Below are positions 9,353-17,471 of a DNA stretch of 64,000 bases, piece by piece. A model generated the notes under the pieces. The model saw only the letters and a program-made list of their open reading frames with translations, searched no databases and was not told the DNA's origin. Source of the DNA: an uncultured Thermoplasmatales archaeon (GTDB lineage: Archaea; Thermoplasmatota; E2; DHVEG-1); NCBI GenBank assembly GCA_964597365.1, contig CAZQXW010000007.1, positions 2,268-66,267 on the forward strand. The letters run 5' to 3'. How positions within the stretch are numbered: position 1 is the first letter of the stretch; every line of letters starts with the position of its first letter. The translations under genes and the position numbers were made by a program.

Positions 9353-10033
9353 TCATTCCTCCATAGGCATAGCTACCACATGCTTCGCCTCAGACAGTCC
9401 TTTGGCGTAGCACTCTTCAAACACGCACAGGTCGGTGCCCGTTTCCCCTACAAGAATCCTCTTCGGCTTCAGGATCGCCAGATACGCCCCATCGAATACG
9501 ACCGTGATGCGAACCTTCGAGACATCTGCCTCACCGTAGTTCAGCGACATCTCGGCGGTATGGTTTTGGTCTCGGGCATGGATTCCTTCCGGGGATATCT
9601 TAACCAGAGTATTACCAAGCTTCTTTCCATCGAACGCATCCAGATACCGATAGAACTCCTCCGGTATCTCCACAACACGTTCTCCAGAAGGTCGTTTTCT
9701 CAGCACGTTCTCGATGTTCGGATAGGTAACCTCAGCAGGCTCCAACGTCTTTACATCGACCGCTTCCGGCCGCACATCCACAGCATCGACCTCGCTGATC
9801 AACACATGAGCGTTGGTGTAGCACCGCTTCCCACCTTTGATCGCAATCACGTCCGTGAACTCACGAGAAGTTCGACTAACCCTCATAAGCCGTCGGGCGA
9901 GCTTCGTGAATGAATCAGCCTTCGGCTTAGATGGTCGTTTTTCCTCTTTGGCACATTCGTGGCATAGCACCCGCCCATCAGCGGCACGAACCTCGAATCC
10001 TCCTGTGTCCTCATGACACTTGTCACAAATCAT
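9353..10033 (-). CDS. Zn-finger protein with possible beta-clamp-like C-terminal domain
   Basis: CDKC/CHEC N-terminus; YPNIENVL, VVFDGAYL and VVAMPM motifs reminiscent of DnaN domains. Confidence 0.45.
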   Translation of the reverse strand: MICDKCHEDTGGFEVRAADGRVLCHECAKEEKRPSKPKADSFTKLARRLMRVSRTSREFTDVIAIKGGKRCYTNAHVLISEVDAVDVRPEAVDVKTLEPAEVTYPNIENVLRKRPSGERVVEIPEEFYRYLDAFDGKKLGNTLVKISPEGIHARDQNHTAEMSLNYGEADVSKVRITVVFDGAYLAILKPKRILVGETGTDLCVFEECYAKGLSEAKHVVAMPMEE

Positions 10034-10153
10034 AGCATCACCTCCGTTCTGCTGTTTCGGACTAACCGTCCGCGAATGCCCTCCGTAGAGGGCACCCGTA
10101 GAGAGTCAGCGAATAGAACCCCTATCCACCTCAATAGTCTGAGGTACAACCTA
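10034..10153 (-). repeat. intergenic multi-hairpin junction element (divergent)
   Basis: GUGCCCUC-UACG-GAGGGCAU, CGGAC/GUCCG hairpin, AACGGAGG SD. Confidence 0.75.
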
Positions 10154-10351
10154 CTGCACATCGAAGTGCTCGAAGACCATATCGATCAGATGGCTCCGAT
10201 CATTGCACATAGCCTCGCTCAGAAACGCATCAACGGTCTCTTTTGGCCATCCTGCTTTGCGGGCAGCCCTGCGACATACCGCCAAGATAGCCATGGAGTT
10301 TCCTCCGGGACCCTCAAAGTCCAGTACAACGCTTGGCTTCTCTACCATCAT
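10151..10351 (-). CDS. conserved small phage protein
   Basis: GPGGNSMAILAVCRRAARKAGW...DRSHLI resembles a common small phage family. Confidence 0.7.
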   Translation of the reverse strand: MMVEKPSVVLDFEGPGGNSMAILAVCRRAARKAGWPKETVDAFLSEAMCNDRSHLIDMVFEHFDVQ

Positions 10352-10656
10352 CGACCTCCTTTGATCTTATCGATCAGAGCATTTCTCTCTTGCTCTACGA
10401 TACTCCCCGGATCACCACCGAACTTCTCGACCTCATACCAGAGAGCATCCCGATCATACGTGAGATACAGGTGTTCCGGGAGATTCCCTTCTGCATCTCT
10501 TGCGTTCCTTCTCAGCCACCGCCGTAACACTATACGCTCGGCAGCCTGTATCCGCTCGGCGTATCTCCTTGCGAATCGTCTCATCGTGTCACTCACAGCA
10601 AACCTCCCAATGAGCACCCGACCCGAAAGTCGGATGCTCCGTGTGAGGGTGCTCAT
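10348..10656 (-). CDS. hypothetical protein
   Basis: ATGA overlaps on both sides. Confidence 0.6.
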   Translation of the reverse strand: MSTLTRSIRLSGRVLIGRFAVSDTMRRFARRYAERIQAAERIVLRRWLRRNARDAEGNLPEHLYLTYDRDALWYEVEKFGGDPGSIVEQERNALIDKIKGGR

Positions 10657-11822
10657 TCAGAGAGAACCAGAACCTCACCAAAGGGAGGACGGAACTCTCG
10701 GGAACCATAGCCGCGCATCGGCTTCTGAACCCAGAGCACAGGGTAAGGCGGCGCATCAGGGAAGTCGTCACACATCCCATCGGTGAAGTACACCATGCAC
10801 CTCGGAGCTTCGCCCCGATCTGCAAGGTACGTAAACGGGGGAACGAAACTCGTACCGCCGCCACCATACGCCTTGAGGGATACTCGATCCCCAGCAGGAA
10901 ACTCATCTACATGATCAATCTCATGATCACAGTAGATCACCGTGCAGTCAGCCCGGTAGTCTTCGAGGATCGAATTGATCTCAGAAGCGAACTCGTTCAG
11001 CTGGCTCTGACGTATCGACCCGCTGGTATCTACCGCCGCCACTACTTGGCCCAACTCGTTGCTATACAGCGACGGAAGGTACAGTCCCTGACCGATGTAT
11101 CGTCGGTTAGGACGACTCCAAGAGAAGTCGTTCTTCGCGGATGAATCCACGAACCTTCGGAGAATCTCTCTCCAGTCAAGCTTTGGTTCCAGTATCTCCT
11201 TCACAATTCGTTCCAGAGAACCGGGGAGATTGCCTGCGACCTTGGCTTGCTGTGCAGCCTGAGCCATGGCAACCTTCCACTCCTGCGACTGCTGACGCTG
11301 CTCTGCCTCGGACGCTTGGGACTCTCCGTCCTCGCCCTTGGCATCACGAACTTCTCCGCACCCACCGGGATCAGGGTTTTCGTCCCCTTCTCCCTCACCT
11401 TCACCGCCGCTGCCTCCCTGCTGATCCTGATCAGGTAACAGAGAGTACACTTGTTCTGCGGTCATGTTGGCATACGATGAATCGATCAGACCACCATCCG
11501 GCAGGCTCATACCTGCATCTCGAATGATTAGATTGATCACATAGTCAGCCGCCATGTTCCACTTTTTTCTATCGCGGTTGCCTCGGCGGGTATGATGCTG
11601 AAGTCCACAGTGGAGAACCTCATGACAGATCAGACCTTTGAGTTGATCCATCGAGACCGTTCCGATGAACTGCGGGTTGTACCCGAGCGTCTTCCCATCG
11701 GTCCACGCAGTCTTACAACTGGTGTCCTCGACAGATATCAGCCGCAGTGCCAGCGATCCGAAGAACGGCTGGTCGAGTACAAGACCTGCTCTACCCTTTG
11801 CGAACAATTTTGTTGCACTCAT
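10653..11822 (-). CDS. metallopeptidase-like + VWA domain protein (DUF2201 type)
   Basis: TAWTDG...ICHEVLH (HExxH), WNMAADYVIN, acidic linker, VAAVDTSGSI MIDAS, GGGGTSF, YFTDG. Confidence 0.9.
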   Translation of the reverse strand: MSATKLFAKGRAGLVLDQPFFGSLALRLISVEDTSCKTAWTDGKTLGYNPQFIGTVSMDQLKGLICHEVLHCGLQHHTRRGNRDRKKWNMAADYVINLIIRDAGMSLPDGGLIDSSYANMTAEQVYSLLPDQDQQGGSGGEGEGEGDENPDPGGCGEVRDAKGEDGESQASEAEQRQQSQEWKVAMAQAAQQAKVAGNLPGSLERIVKEILEPKLDWREILRRFVDSSAKNDFSWSRPNRRYIGQGLYLPSLYSNELGQVVAAVDTSGSIRQSQLNEFASEINSILEDYRADCTVIYCDHEIDHVDEFPAGDRVSLKAYGGGGTSFVPPFTYLADRGEAPRCMVYFTDGMCDDFPDAPPYPVLWVQKPMRGYGSREFRPPFGEVLVLSE

Positions 11823-11899
11823 TGCAAACCTCCGTAGATGGAAGTGTCCATCCATCGAGGGCACTCTTTCGAATGCCCTCTGTGCATGGTCCGTGCTTA
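11823..11899 (-). repeat. intergenic two-hairpin junction element (divergent)
   Basis: GAGGGCAUUC-GAAA-GAGUGCCCUC, GAUGGA/UCCAUC, UACGGAGG SD. Confidence 0.75.
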
Positions 11900-12742
11900 C
11901 TTACCGAGGTAGCCTGCCATCTTATCCAAGATGGCCTTAGCATCCTTGGCAGTTTGCGCACGTACTTCCGGTTCGGTGCGAAGCACCTCCGGCTGTACTT
12001 TGGCGAGCTTCTGGGAGACCTCCTTGCGGAGATTCTCCAGATCGGGATCGTTGGCAACGTTGAGCTTGGGCAATAGATTGACCATCTCAACAGCGTTCTC
12101 CACGAGGGAGTCGCGGAAGATTTTGTCAGGCTCCGAAAGGGTCTCAGCGAATCGCTTGACCACGTCAGCAACCCGGACATAAAGGTCCTGAGTCGCCTCC
12201 TGCATTCGGCGCTCGATACTCTCTTCCAGTGCCTTGGCGATCTTCTTCTGGTCTCGCTGCTGGAGCTTGACCCTGAAGTCTTCCTTGTGCGGCACGGGTT
12301 CGATGCTTGTGTCGAAGCCAAACTTTCGTTTGATCTCTTGCGTGTTCGGGTAGTCGGCGGGGTTGAACATTCCATTCAGAGCCTCTTTCGCTCGCTCACG
12401 GTACTCAGGGTAGTTCTGTATGAACTCCTCAACCGCCTGATCGAACCGCTCTTTCAGCTGGCGCATCTCTTTCGAGTACTCCATGAACTCAGCGGCCGGG
12501 AGAAGCCGTCCACCGAAATCGTCCCACGGGAGCGTATGCTCATAGTGGTACGAACGGGCCGCCGTAGCAGCACGGTCGATGGTCTGTATGGCTTCCTTAG
12601 CGATCAGTACCTTGTTGAAGCGACCGGCATCGTCTCGCGCTCCAAGATCACGAATGACCTTGCGCGTGACGCCTTTGTCGAACTTTCTCGCAGTCCACTT
12701 TGATATGGACACTCGAACGATCATTGCCTCTTCATGTAGCAT
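11897..12742 (-). CDS. DUF3150-like protein (MoxR/VWA-associated)
   Basis: AMIVRVSISKWTARKFD...TLPWDDFGGRLLP...YP; position between MoxR and VWA genes. Confidence 0.75.
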   Translation of the reverse strand: MLHEEAMIVRVSISKWTARKFDKGVTRKVIRDLGARDDAGRFNKVLIAKEAIQTIDRAATAARSYHYEHTLPWDDFGGRLLPAAEFMEYSKEMRQLKERFDQAVEEFIQNYPEYRERAKEALNGMFNPADYPNTQEIKRKFGFDTSIEPVPHKEDFRVKLQQRDQKKIAKALEESIERRMQEATQDLYVRVADVVKRFAETLSEPDKIFRDSLVENAVEMVNLLPKLNVANDPDLENLRKEVSQKLAKVQPEVLRTEPEVRAQTAKDAKAILDKMAGYLGK

Positions 12743-12839
12743 CGCAGTACCTCCGTTGGGGCGGGTTTGGTATCGGTTGCCCGTCCCCCTCCCCCCGCTC
12801 CCCCGAAGGGGAGTGAGGGGTAGGTGAGGAACAACCTCA
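12743..12839 (-). repeat. intergenic RNA-structure element, family II copy 1
   Basis: CCUCACCUACCCC...C-UUCG-G hairpin, GGGACGGG/CCCGCCCC, AACGGAGG SD. Confidence 0.8.
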
Positions 12840-13820
12840 GATGAGAACGTCTGAGTGATCTGCTGACCACTTGATGAACGCACGAGTGTTGACAAGTGAA
12901 TCGTCTCGCTCGATTGCATCACGAACCAGCAGCACCGAGAACTCCGGGTCAAGACGATTTGAGTACTTGACGATGTTATCGAAGTTCTGGTCAGTTGCCT
13001 TTTGCGAGAGCGCTCCGCATATCGCATACTTGGTCGCGGGATCACTGGGCACCTCTGCTTTGTCAGGGGCCATGATGATCATATCAGGATCGGGCAAGCT
13101 CCTGAAAATCTTCAGGAAGCCGATCAACTCAGCCGCCGCGCCTTCACCAACGATCCCTGAGACGAGTTCATACTCAATCTCATCCCCAGCAACCGCGAGC
13201 ACATCGCTCACGAACTGCCACGACCGGGGAGTCGGGAACGCCTTCTCGTTCTTCTGCGGGTCAAACGCGTGGAGCAGGTTGGGGCGATACCGCAGAAACG
13301 CGATAAGCTCCGTCTGGATTCCAGCGTTCAACGCCCACCTGACCCAATCCTCCAAATCAACATCAACGTTGAGATGGATGAACCGGTTCGCGAGTGGCGA
13401 TGGCATCCTCGACGTGACAGCCCGGTCAGTCTCACGGTTCCCTGCCGCGATTACAATCGCGTTCTTGGGAAGCTCGTACTCACCGATCTTGCGATCCAGC
13501 ACCAGCTGGTAACAGGCAGCCTGCACCAGCGGAGGGGCCGCGTTCAACTCGTCGAGGAAGAGGATGTACTTGCCCTTGCCTTTCGGCAGGAAGGAAGGCG
13601 GTGCCCACCTCGTCTCACCGTCCTCGGTCACCGTGGGAATACCACGGAGATCAACCGGGTCCAGCAGGACAGCACGCACATCGATCAACGTATAGCCGAG
13701 CGTCTTTGCGATCTGTCGGACCACGTCCGACTTGCCGATACCGGGAGGACCCCACAGGAACCCCGGACGACCAGCCTTGATCAGCGCTTTGAGCGCCTCT
13801 GCTACTATTGACAGTTTCAT
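12837..13820 (-). CDS. MoxR-like AAA+ ATPase
   Basis: GPPGIGKS Walker A, LFLDELNAA Walker B, IAAGNR sensor, SPLANRF arginine finger. Confidence 0.9.
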   Translation of the reverse strand: MKLSIVAEALKALIKAGRPGFLWGPPGIGKSDVVRQIAKTLGYTLIDVRAVLLDPVDLRGIPTVTEDGETRWAPPSFLPKGKGKYILFLDELNAAPPLVQAACYQLVLDRKIGEYELPKNAIVIAAGNRETDRAVTSRMPSPLANRFIHLNVDVDLEDWVRWALNAGIQTELIAFLRYRPNLLHAFDPQKNEKAFPTPRSWQFVSDVLAVAGDEIEYELVSGIVGEGAAAELIGFLKIFRSLPDPDMIIMAPDKAEVPSDPATKYAICGALSQKATDQNFDNIVKYSNRLDPEFSVLLVRDAIERDDSLVNTRAFIKWSADHSDVLI

Positions 13821-13903
13821 CTGCAAACCTCCGTGGGATGGATTGGTTTTGGTTGACCATCCCCCTCCCCGCCCTCTATGGAGGGCGGGGTAGGTGAGGG
13901 TCA
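13821..13903 (-). repeat. intergenic RNA-structure element, family II copy 2
   Basis: CCCUCACCUA-CCCCGCCCUC-CAUA-GAGGGCGGGG, GGGAUGG/CCAUCCC, ACGGAGG SD. Confidence 0.8.
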
Positions 13904-14110
13904 CTCTGAATCGATGCTCTTGAGTATCTCACCCTCCGGGGAGAGGTACTCATTATCAATGAGCGACTTGGCCATACGCCCATAGCTGCCTTGCAGCCGC
14001 CATGCCGTACCGGTCTTCACGAGTTCGCTGAATAGCTCCAACGCATCCTCATCGCTCATCTCACCAGACTCATAGTCGATAATCTTATCGACGATCTGTG
14101 TTCCATCCAT
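13901..14110 (-). CDS. conserved small phage protein
   Basis: IVDKIIDYESGEM...ELFSELVKTGTAWRLQGSYGRMA resembles a widespread phage family. Confidence 0.75.
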   Translation of the reverse strand: MDGTQIVDKIIDYESGEMSDEDALELFSELVKTGTAWRLQGSYGRMAKSLIDNEYLSPEGEILKSIDSE

Positions 14111-14174
14111 AACAAACCTCCGTTGGGATTGGTTATCCCAGAAGCGCCCCCGTAGGGACGCCCCCGCGAGATCA
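14111..14174 (-). repeat. family I element copy 2
   Basis: UGAU-CUCGCGGG-GCGUCCC-UACG-GGGGCGC-UUC-UGGGAU-AACCA-AUCCCA-ACGGAGGUUUGUU-AUG. Confidence 0.9.
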
Positions 14175-14426
14175 ACCCTCTTCGTTCTTTTTGGGTCGAT
14201 TGCCAGCAAGCAACGCATCGATGTTCTCCACACCTCGAATCAGTCGATGAATAGTTTTTATGGCGTCCTCTCGTGCGTTCACAAGATCGGCCTCAGAAAC
14301 CCGCTTGTTTCCACCACGAATCGACGTAGCATAGTCACGAACGCCCTTTGTTGCCGGTAAAATAAACGTACCGTTCACATCGAACATTCGAACTTCGGGA
14401 ACCTCTATCGTAATCTTTTCTGACAT
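14172..14426 (-). CDS. hypothetical protein
   Basis: Bounded exactly by two junction elements. Confidence 0.7.
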   Translation of the reverse strand: MSEKITIEVPEVRMFDVNGTFILPATKGVRDYATSIRGGNKRVSEADLVNAREDAIKTIHRLIRGVENIDALLAGNRPKKNEEG

Positions 14427-14493
14427 AACGAACCTCCGTGGGATCGGTTATCCCGGAAGAGGCTCCGTAGAGCCTCCCCCGCGAGTCCGATCA
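14427..14493 (-). repeat. family I element copy 3
   Basis: UGAUCGGA-CUCGCGGG-GAGGCUC-UACG-GAGCCUC-UUCC-GGGAU-AACCG-AUCCC-ACGGAGGUUCGUU-AUG. Confidence 0.9.
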
Positions 14494-14700
14494 GCGGTGT
14501 CGCTTCCGGTGTACTACTACCAGTACACCCTTCGCTCGGGATTCCTTCGGGTCGGGGTCATTCACATGACCACCTTGACGGTATCCCAAAGCATAGGCTC
14601 TGGCTTCTGCCTGTCCGTGGAACTCGGAAAGGTCCCGAGGTTCTTTGTGACTGACACGATCTTCGAACCCGTCTGCGAACGCCTTGTACTCTTCTCTCAT
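14491..14700 (-). CDS. hypothetical protein
   Basis: Bounded by junction elements. Confidence 0.7.
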   Translation of the reverse strand: MREEYKAFADGFEDRVSHKEPRDLSEFHGQAEARAYALGYRQGGHVNDPDPKESRAKGVLVVVHRKRHR

Positions 14701-14767
14701 AACAAACCTCCGTGGGATTAGTTATCCCAGAAGAGGCTCCGTAGAGCCTCCCCTGTGAGACTAATCA
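14701..14767 (-). repeat. family I element copy 4
   Basis: UGAUUAGU-CUCACAGG-GAGGCUC-UACG-GAGCCUC-UUC-UGGGAU-AACUA-AUCCCA-CGGAGGUUUGUU-AUG. Confidence 0.9.
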
Positions 14768-15043
14768 TTCTTCCCAATGCCATGCTTTGAAGTAAGTCAC
14801 CTTGACTTCAGCAATGGGAGCCTCAGGCATGTTTCCAACTGCCCGAGCATAGTTGCGACTCACATCACAACCCTTGGACCGGAGAAACCGTTCCACCTTG
14901 TGGCGCTGCTCTACAGAGCTACAGTCAATGTACGCTCGAACGTCGCGGCCGTACGCTTCACAACGATCCCGCTGCACGCTCTCAGTAACGTCCATACCGA
15001 ACTCATTCAAGTAGCCTACCAACTTCTTTACGCTTACTCTCAT
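14765..15043 (-). CDS. conserved phage hypothetical protein, first gene of promoter-1 transcript
   Basis: ACGGAGG SD at MRVSVKK; VTYFKAWHWEE C-terminus. Confidence 0.7.
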   Translation of the reverse strand: MRVSVKKLVGYLNEFGMDVTESVQRDRCEAYGRDVRAYIDCSSVEQRHKVERFLRSKGCDVSRNYARAVGNMPEAPIAEVKVTYFKAWHWEE

Positions 15044-15249
15044 CACAGACCTCCGTTGCCCGTTTTGGGCGATGTCCCCACGCCGGGTGCTGACCCCGGC
15101 CAGAACCCTGCCATAGGCATTCCGGGGTAGGGGATGTTTCGTCGAGAGCCGACGGTAAGGTGCACGAGCCGGAGGTCGCCTTGGCCCACAACTCACAACG
15201 TAAGCCATGAGCAAACCCGTGCACCCAACCGCAGGCTCTCACCTGCGGG

Positions 15250-15455
15250 GAGGTATTGCATCCTTCTCTTATCCGGCGAGCATCCACGGAACTTGATAGC
15301 TCGGGGGCCGCTGGCTCCTGCCAGCATCCGCTCACTCACCTTCTTCTTTCAAAGACCATTCAGGTCTCGGGGGATTCCCTCTCCCCCTTTCCTTATATTT
15401 ATATTATATCACGATACCGTGATTATGTCAACAAGTTGTTTTTCGGGAGATAACT
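15250..15455 (-). repeat. duplicated promoter + leader block, copy 1
   Basis: Colinear similarity to 17470-17675 including GCUAUCAAGUUCC, CCGGAU and GGAUGC..UACCUCC. Confidence 0.85.
15403..15431 (-). promoter_or_regulatory. consensus sigma70 promoter P1
   Basis: TTGACA (15426-15431), 17-bp spacer, TATAAT (15403-15408); A-rich upstream element. Confidence 0.9.
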
Positions 15456-15630
15456 GTATGACGTGTTCTGTAGAAGATTGCCGGGAAGACTGTCCCGGCG
15501 CAGTCGGCATTGAGAGTCCCCTCGGGGACGCCACAGGGTGTGCCGAAATCTTGTTCCCTCCTAAACGGAGGCGGGTTGTTCAGACCCGGAATTGGGGTGG
15601 GGCAGGAGGCACGAACCCACATCCACCCTT

Positions 15631-15852
15631 TCACTTGATAATGTAGTCTACCTCCCGGTGCCCTTCACAAAGAGCGTAGAACGCCTTGCGCTCCTCACTC
15701 TCGACAGACCGGGGGATGCCTAACGCATCGGCCACGAACGTTCGGTCAATCTCCCACTGTTGCAGCTTGTCACGCCTCACTTCCGTGAGCCGTGGAGATG
15801 CAGCAGGATCAGAAAACCGAAACGCTCTGGCAACTGCTTCAATCTGTGTCAT
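15631..15852 (-). CDS. hypothetical protein
   Basis: Start follows family I element. Confidence 0.7.
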   Translation of the reverse strand: MTQIEAVARAFRFSDPAASPRLTEVRRDKLQQWEIDRTFVADALGIPRSVESEERKAFYALCEGHREVDYIIK

Positions 15853-15921
15853 AGCAAACCTCCATTCGGGATCGAGTATCCCGGAATGGGGTCCGTAGAC
15901 CCCACCCCGCGAGTTCGATCA
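15853..15921 (-). repeat. family I element copy 5
   Basis: UGAUCGAA-CUCGCGG-GUGGGGUC-UACG-GACCCCAU-UC-CGGGAU-ACUCG-AUCCCG-AAUGGAGGUUUGCU-AUG. Confidence 0.9.
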
Positions 15922-16389
15922 GACAGCCCGATATACGGACTCTCCGTTGCTAAAGGTTCCCAGCTTTCGGTACAGGTTGATACCAATACCTCTAAGCTTC
16001 TCCGCAATCTCATCCTCATGCTTGAGCGCCCATTCAGCCGCGAACTCTTCCCAGTTCCGTTTGACGGGCTCCCATGCGCTATCGGAAGGCTCCTCACAAG
16101 GAACCAAAGACAGGGAGCAGAAGCTCATGTACTCGCAGAGCACCACATCAACAATACCGTTCGACGCGATGGCGTGCTCTTCGTCATGATCAAAACCCGG
16201 ACCCCACCGATCCTCCGAGATGAAAGGATCGTCCATCGTGGAAAGCCCTCCACGAATGTTGTCAACCATGAAATCCCAATAGATTTCGGCAAGGTCTTCA
16301 AGATAATTGCCGTCTTCGTCGTACCCATCCTCATACGGAAAATGGTACGTCACTGCGGCGTTACGTGGAACCATTACTGATCTACCCAT
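15919..16389 (-). CDS. conserved phage hypothetical protein
   Basis: HAIASNGIVDVVLCEY...LGTFSNGESVY resembles a recurrent early-gene family. Confidence 0.7.
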   Translation of the reverse strand: MGRSVMVPRNAAVTYHFPYEDGYDEDGNYLEDLAEIYWDFMVDNIRGGLSTMDDPFISEDRWGPGFDHDEEHAIASNGIVDVVLCEYMSFCSLSLVPCEEPSDSAWEPVKRNWEEFAAEWALKHEDEIAEKLRGIGINLYRKLGTFSNGESVYRAV

Positions 16390-16458
16390 TGCAAACCTCC
16401 GTGGGATTAGTTATCCCGCAGGGTGCTCCGTAGAACACCCCACGCGAGACTAACCTCA
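16390..16458 (-). repeat. family I element copy 6
   Basis: UGAGGUUAGU-CUCGCGUG-GGGUGUUC-UACG-GAGCACCC-UGC-GGGAU-AACUA-AUCCC-ACGGAGGUUUGCA-AUG. Confidence 0.9.
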
Positions 16459-17097
16459 GTTCAGGATGTACCGCTCTACGCTTTTGGCGAGGTTGGGCAC
16501 ACCGTGACTACTGGGGTTCCAAGGCGCTTTCCATGTTTCGTCAGGAAGCGACTTGATGTAGTTGACCGACTCTTGAACATGCTCTTTCGAAGTGTAAGGA
16601 CCGATCCTACGAAGAGCATCGATGATCCGGCCAACCGTAGCCTTGACTTCGTCCGAGTACAGATCACTGCGAAGGACTTGCCGAAGCTCTTCCTCATACT
16701 GACGGGCAAGGATGGACCAATACCGCATCGTAAGAAGAGCCACATCCTCGGGATTGGGGATGACATAGGAGAAGCACTCACGATAATCTCGGGTGCTCGC
16801 CCGTTCCTGAAGGCGGTTGAAATCGTTGAGCGTTCGCTCATACTCCTCTCGACCGCACCCAATAACGTGCGCCCGAAGGTCCATCCAACCATCATCACTG
16901 ACTTCTCTGATCTCTCGACCAGTTCGGTGCTCGATGCCCGCAAGCTCTTCCATCTTCTCGTAGTACTTGTCTTGCAGTTCCTTCAGATCGTTGAAACTCA
17001 TCGTGCGGAGAAGCTCCACCGTACGAGCATCGTAATCATACCCCGCATATTCCCAGCGGAAGCTTTCGACAATTTCCCAAAATCTCTCTTCAGTCAT
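16456..17097 (-). CDS. DUF4240-like domain protein
   Basis: MTEERFWEIVE...SDDGWMDLRAHVIGCGREEYE. Confidence 0.65.
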   Translation of the reverse strand: MTEERFWEIVESFRWEYAGYDYDARTVELLRTMSFNDLKELQDKYYEKMEELAGIEHRTGREIREVSDDGWMDLRAHVIGCGREEYERTLNDFNRLQERASTRDYRECFSYVIPNPEDVALLTMRYWSILARQYEEELRQVLRSDLYSDEVKATVGRIIDALRRIGPYTSKEHVQESVNYIKSLPDETWKAPWNPSSHGVPNLAKSVERYILN

Positions 17098-17141
17098 AGC
17101 AACCTCCCGGTACGCTCGGATTGGTTTTAGTAGTCCGAGCG

Positions 17142-17471
17142 TCCCTTGCAGTGCACTCCGTGGGCGGGAGAGCTTGTCTCCCGCCATGGCATCAGCCAGC
17201 GCGATGTACGCTGACCTTCTTGTCGACCTCGTAATACGGAACGTCCTGTCCAGTGATCTTCGCAACCGTTCCCCGAGAAACTGCCTGAACATTTTCCCAG
17301 AAATTGTCGCACCGACGGATTTGAACATCCCACATATTGGGCTCGTCTTCACGACCCATCCATGCGGGGATTCTCACAAACCGAACCGTGTCCGAATGTT
17401 CGATAACGTCTACATAGTTTGCCATGGTGCACCTCCGTTGGGCAGTCGCCCACGCAGTGCACTCCAAGGGA
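17142..17471. repeat. 25-bp inverted repeat (23/25) flanking a single small gene
   Basis: +17142-17166 TCCCTTGCAGTGCACTCCGTGGGCG vs +17447-17471 CGCCCACGCAGTGCACTCCAAGGGA. Confidence 0.85.
17192..17425 (-). CDS. hypothetical protein, first gene of promoter-2 transcript
   Basis: UGGGC/GCCCA hairpin plus ACGGAGG SD before MANYVDV. Confidence 0.7.
   Translation of the reverse strand: MANYVDVIEHSDTVRFVRIPAWMGREDEPNMWDVQIRRCDNFWENVQAVSRGTVAKITGQDVPYYEVDKKVSVHRAG

Noticed and set aside
15458-15646. Plus-strand small ORF (MTCSVEDC...) and the equivalent GTG ORF near 17673
   Set aside because: Their apparent SD is part of the conserved promoter-upstream element, and the two ORFs share no protein similarity.
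8383-16458. Junction repeats as a CRISPR array
   Set aside because: Repeats are degenerate, intervening units are whole genes of 200-1200 bp, and no cas genes are present.
8383-16458. Junction repeats as integron attC sites
   Set aside because: No RYYYAAC/GTTRRRY cores, no integrase in the window, and G-U pairs plus UNCG loops indicate RNA-level selection.
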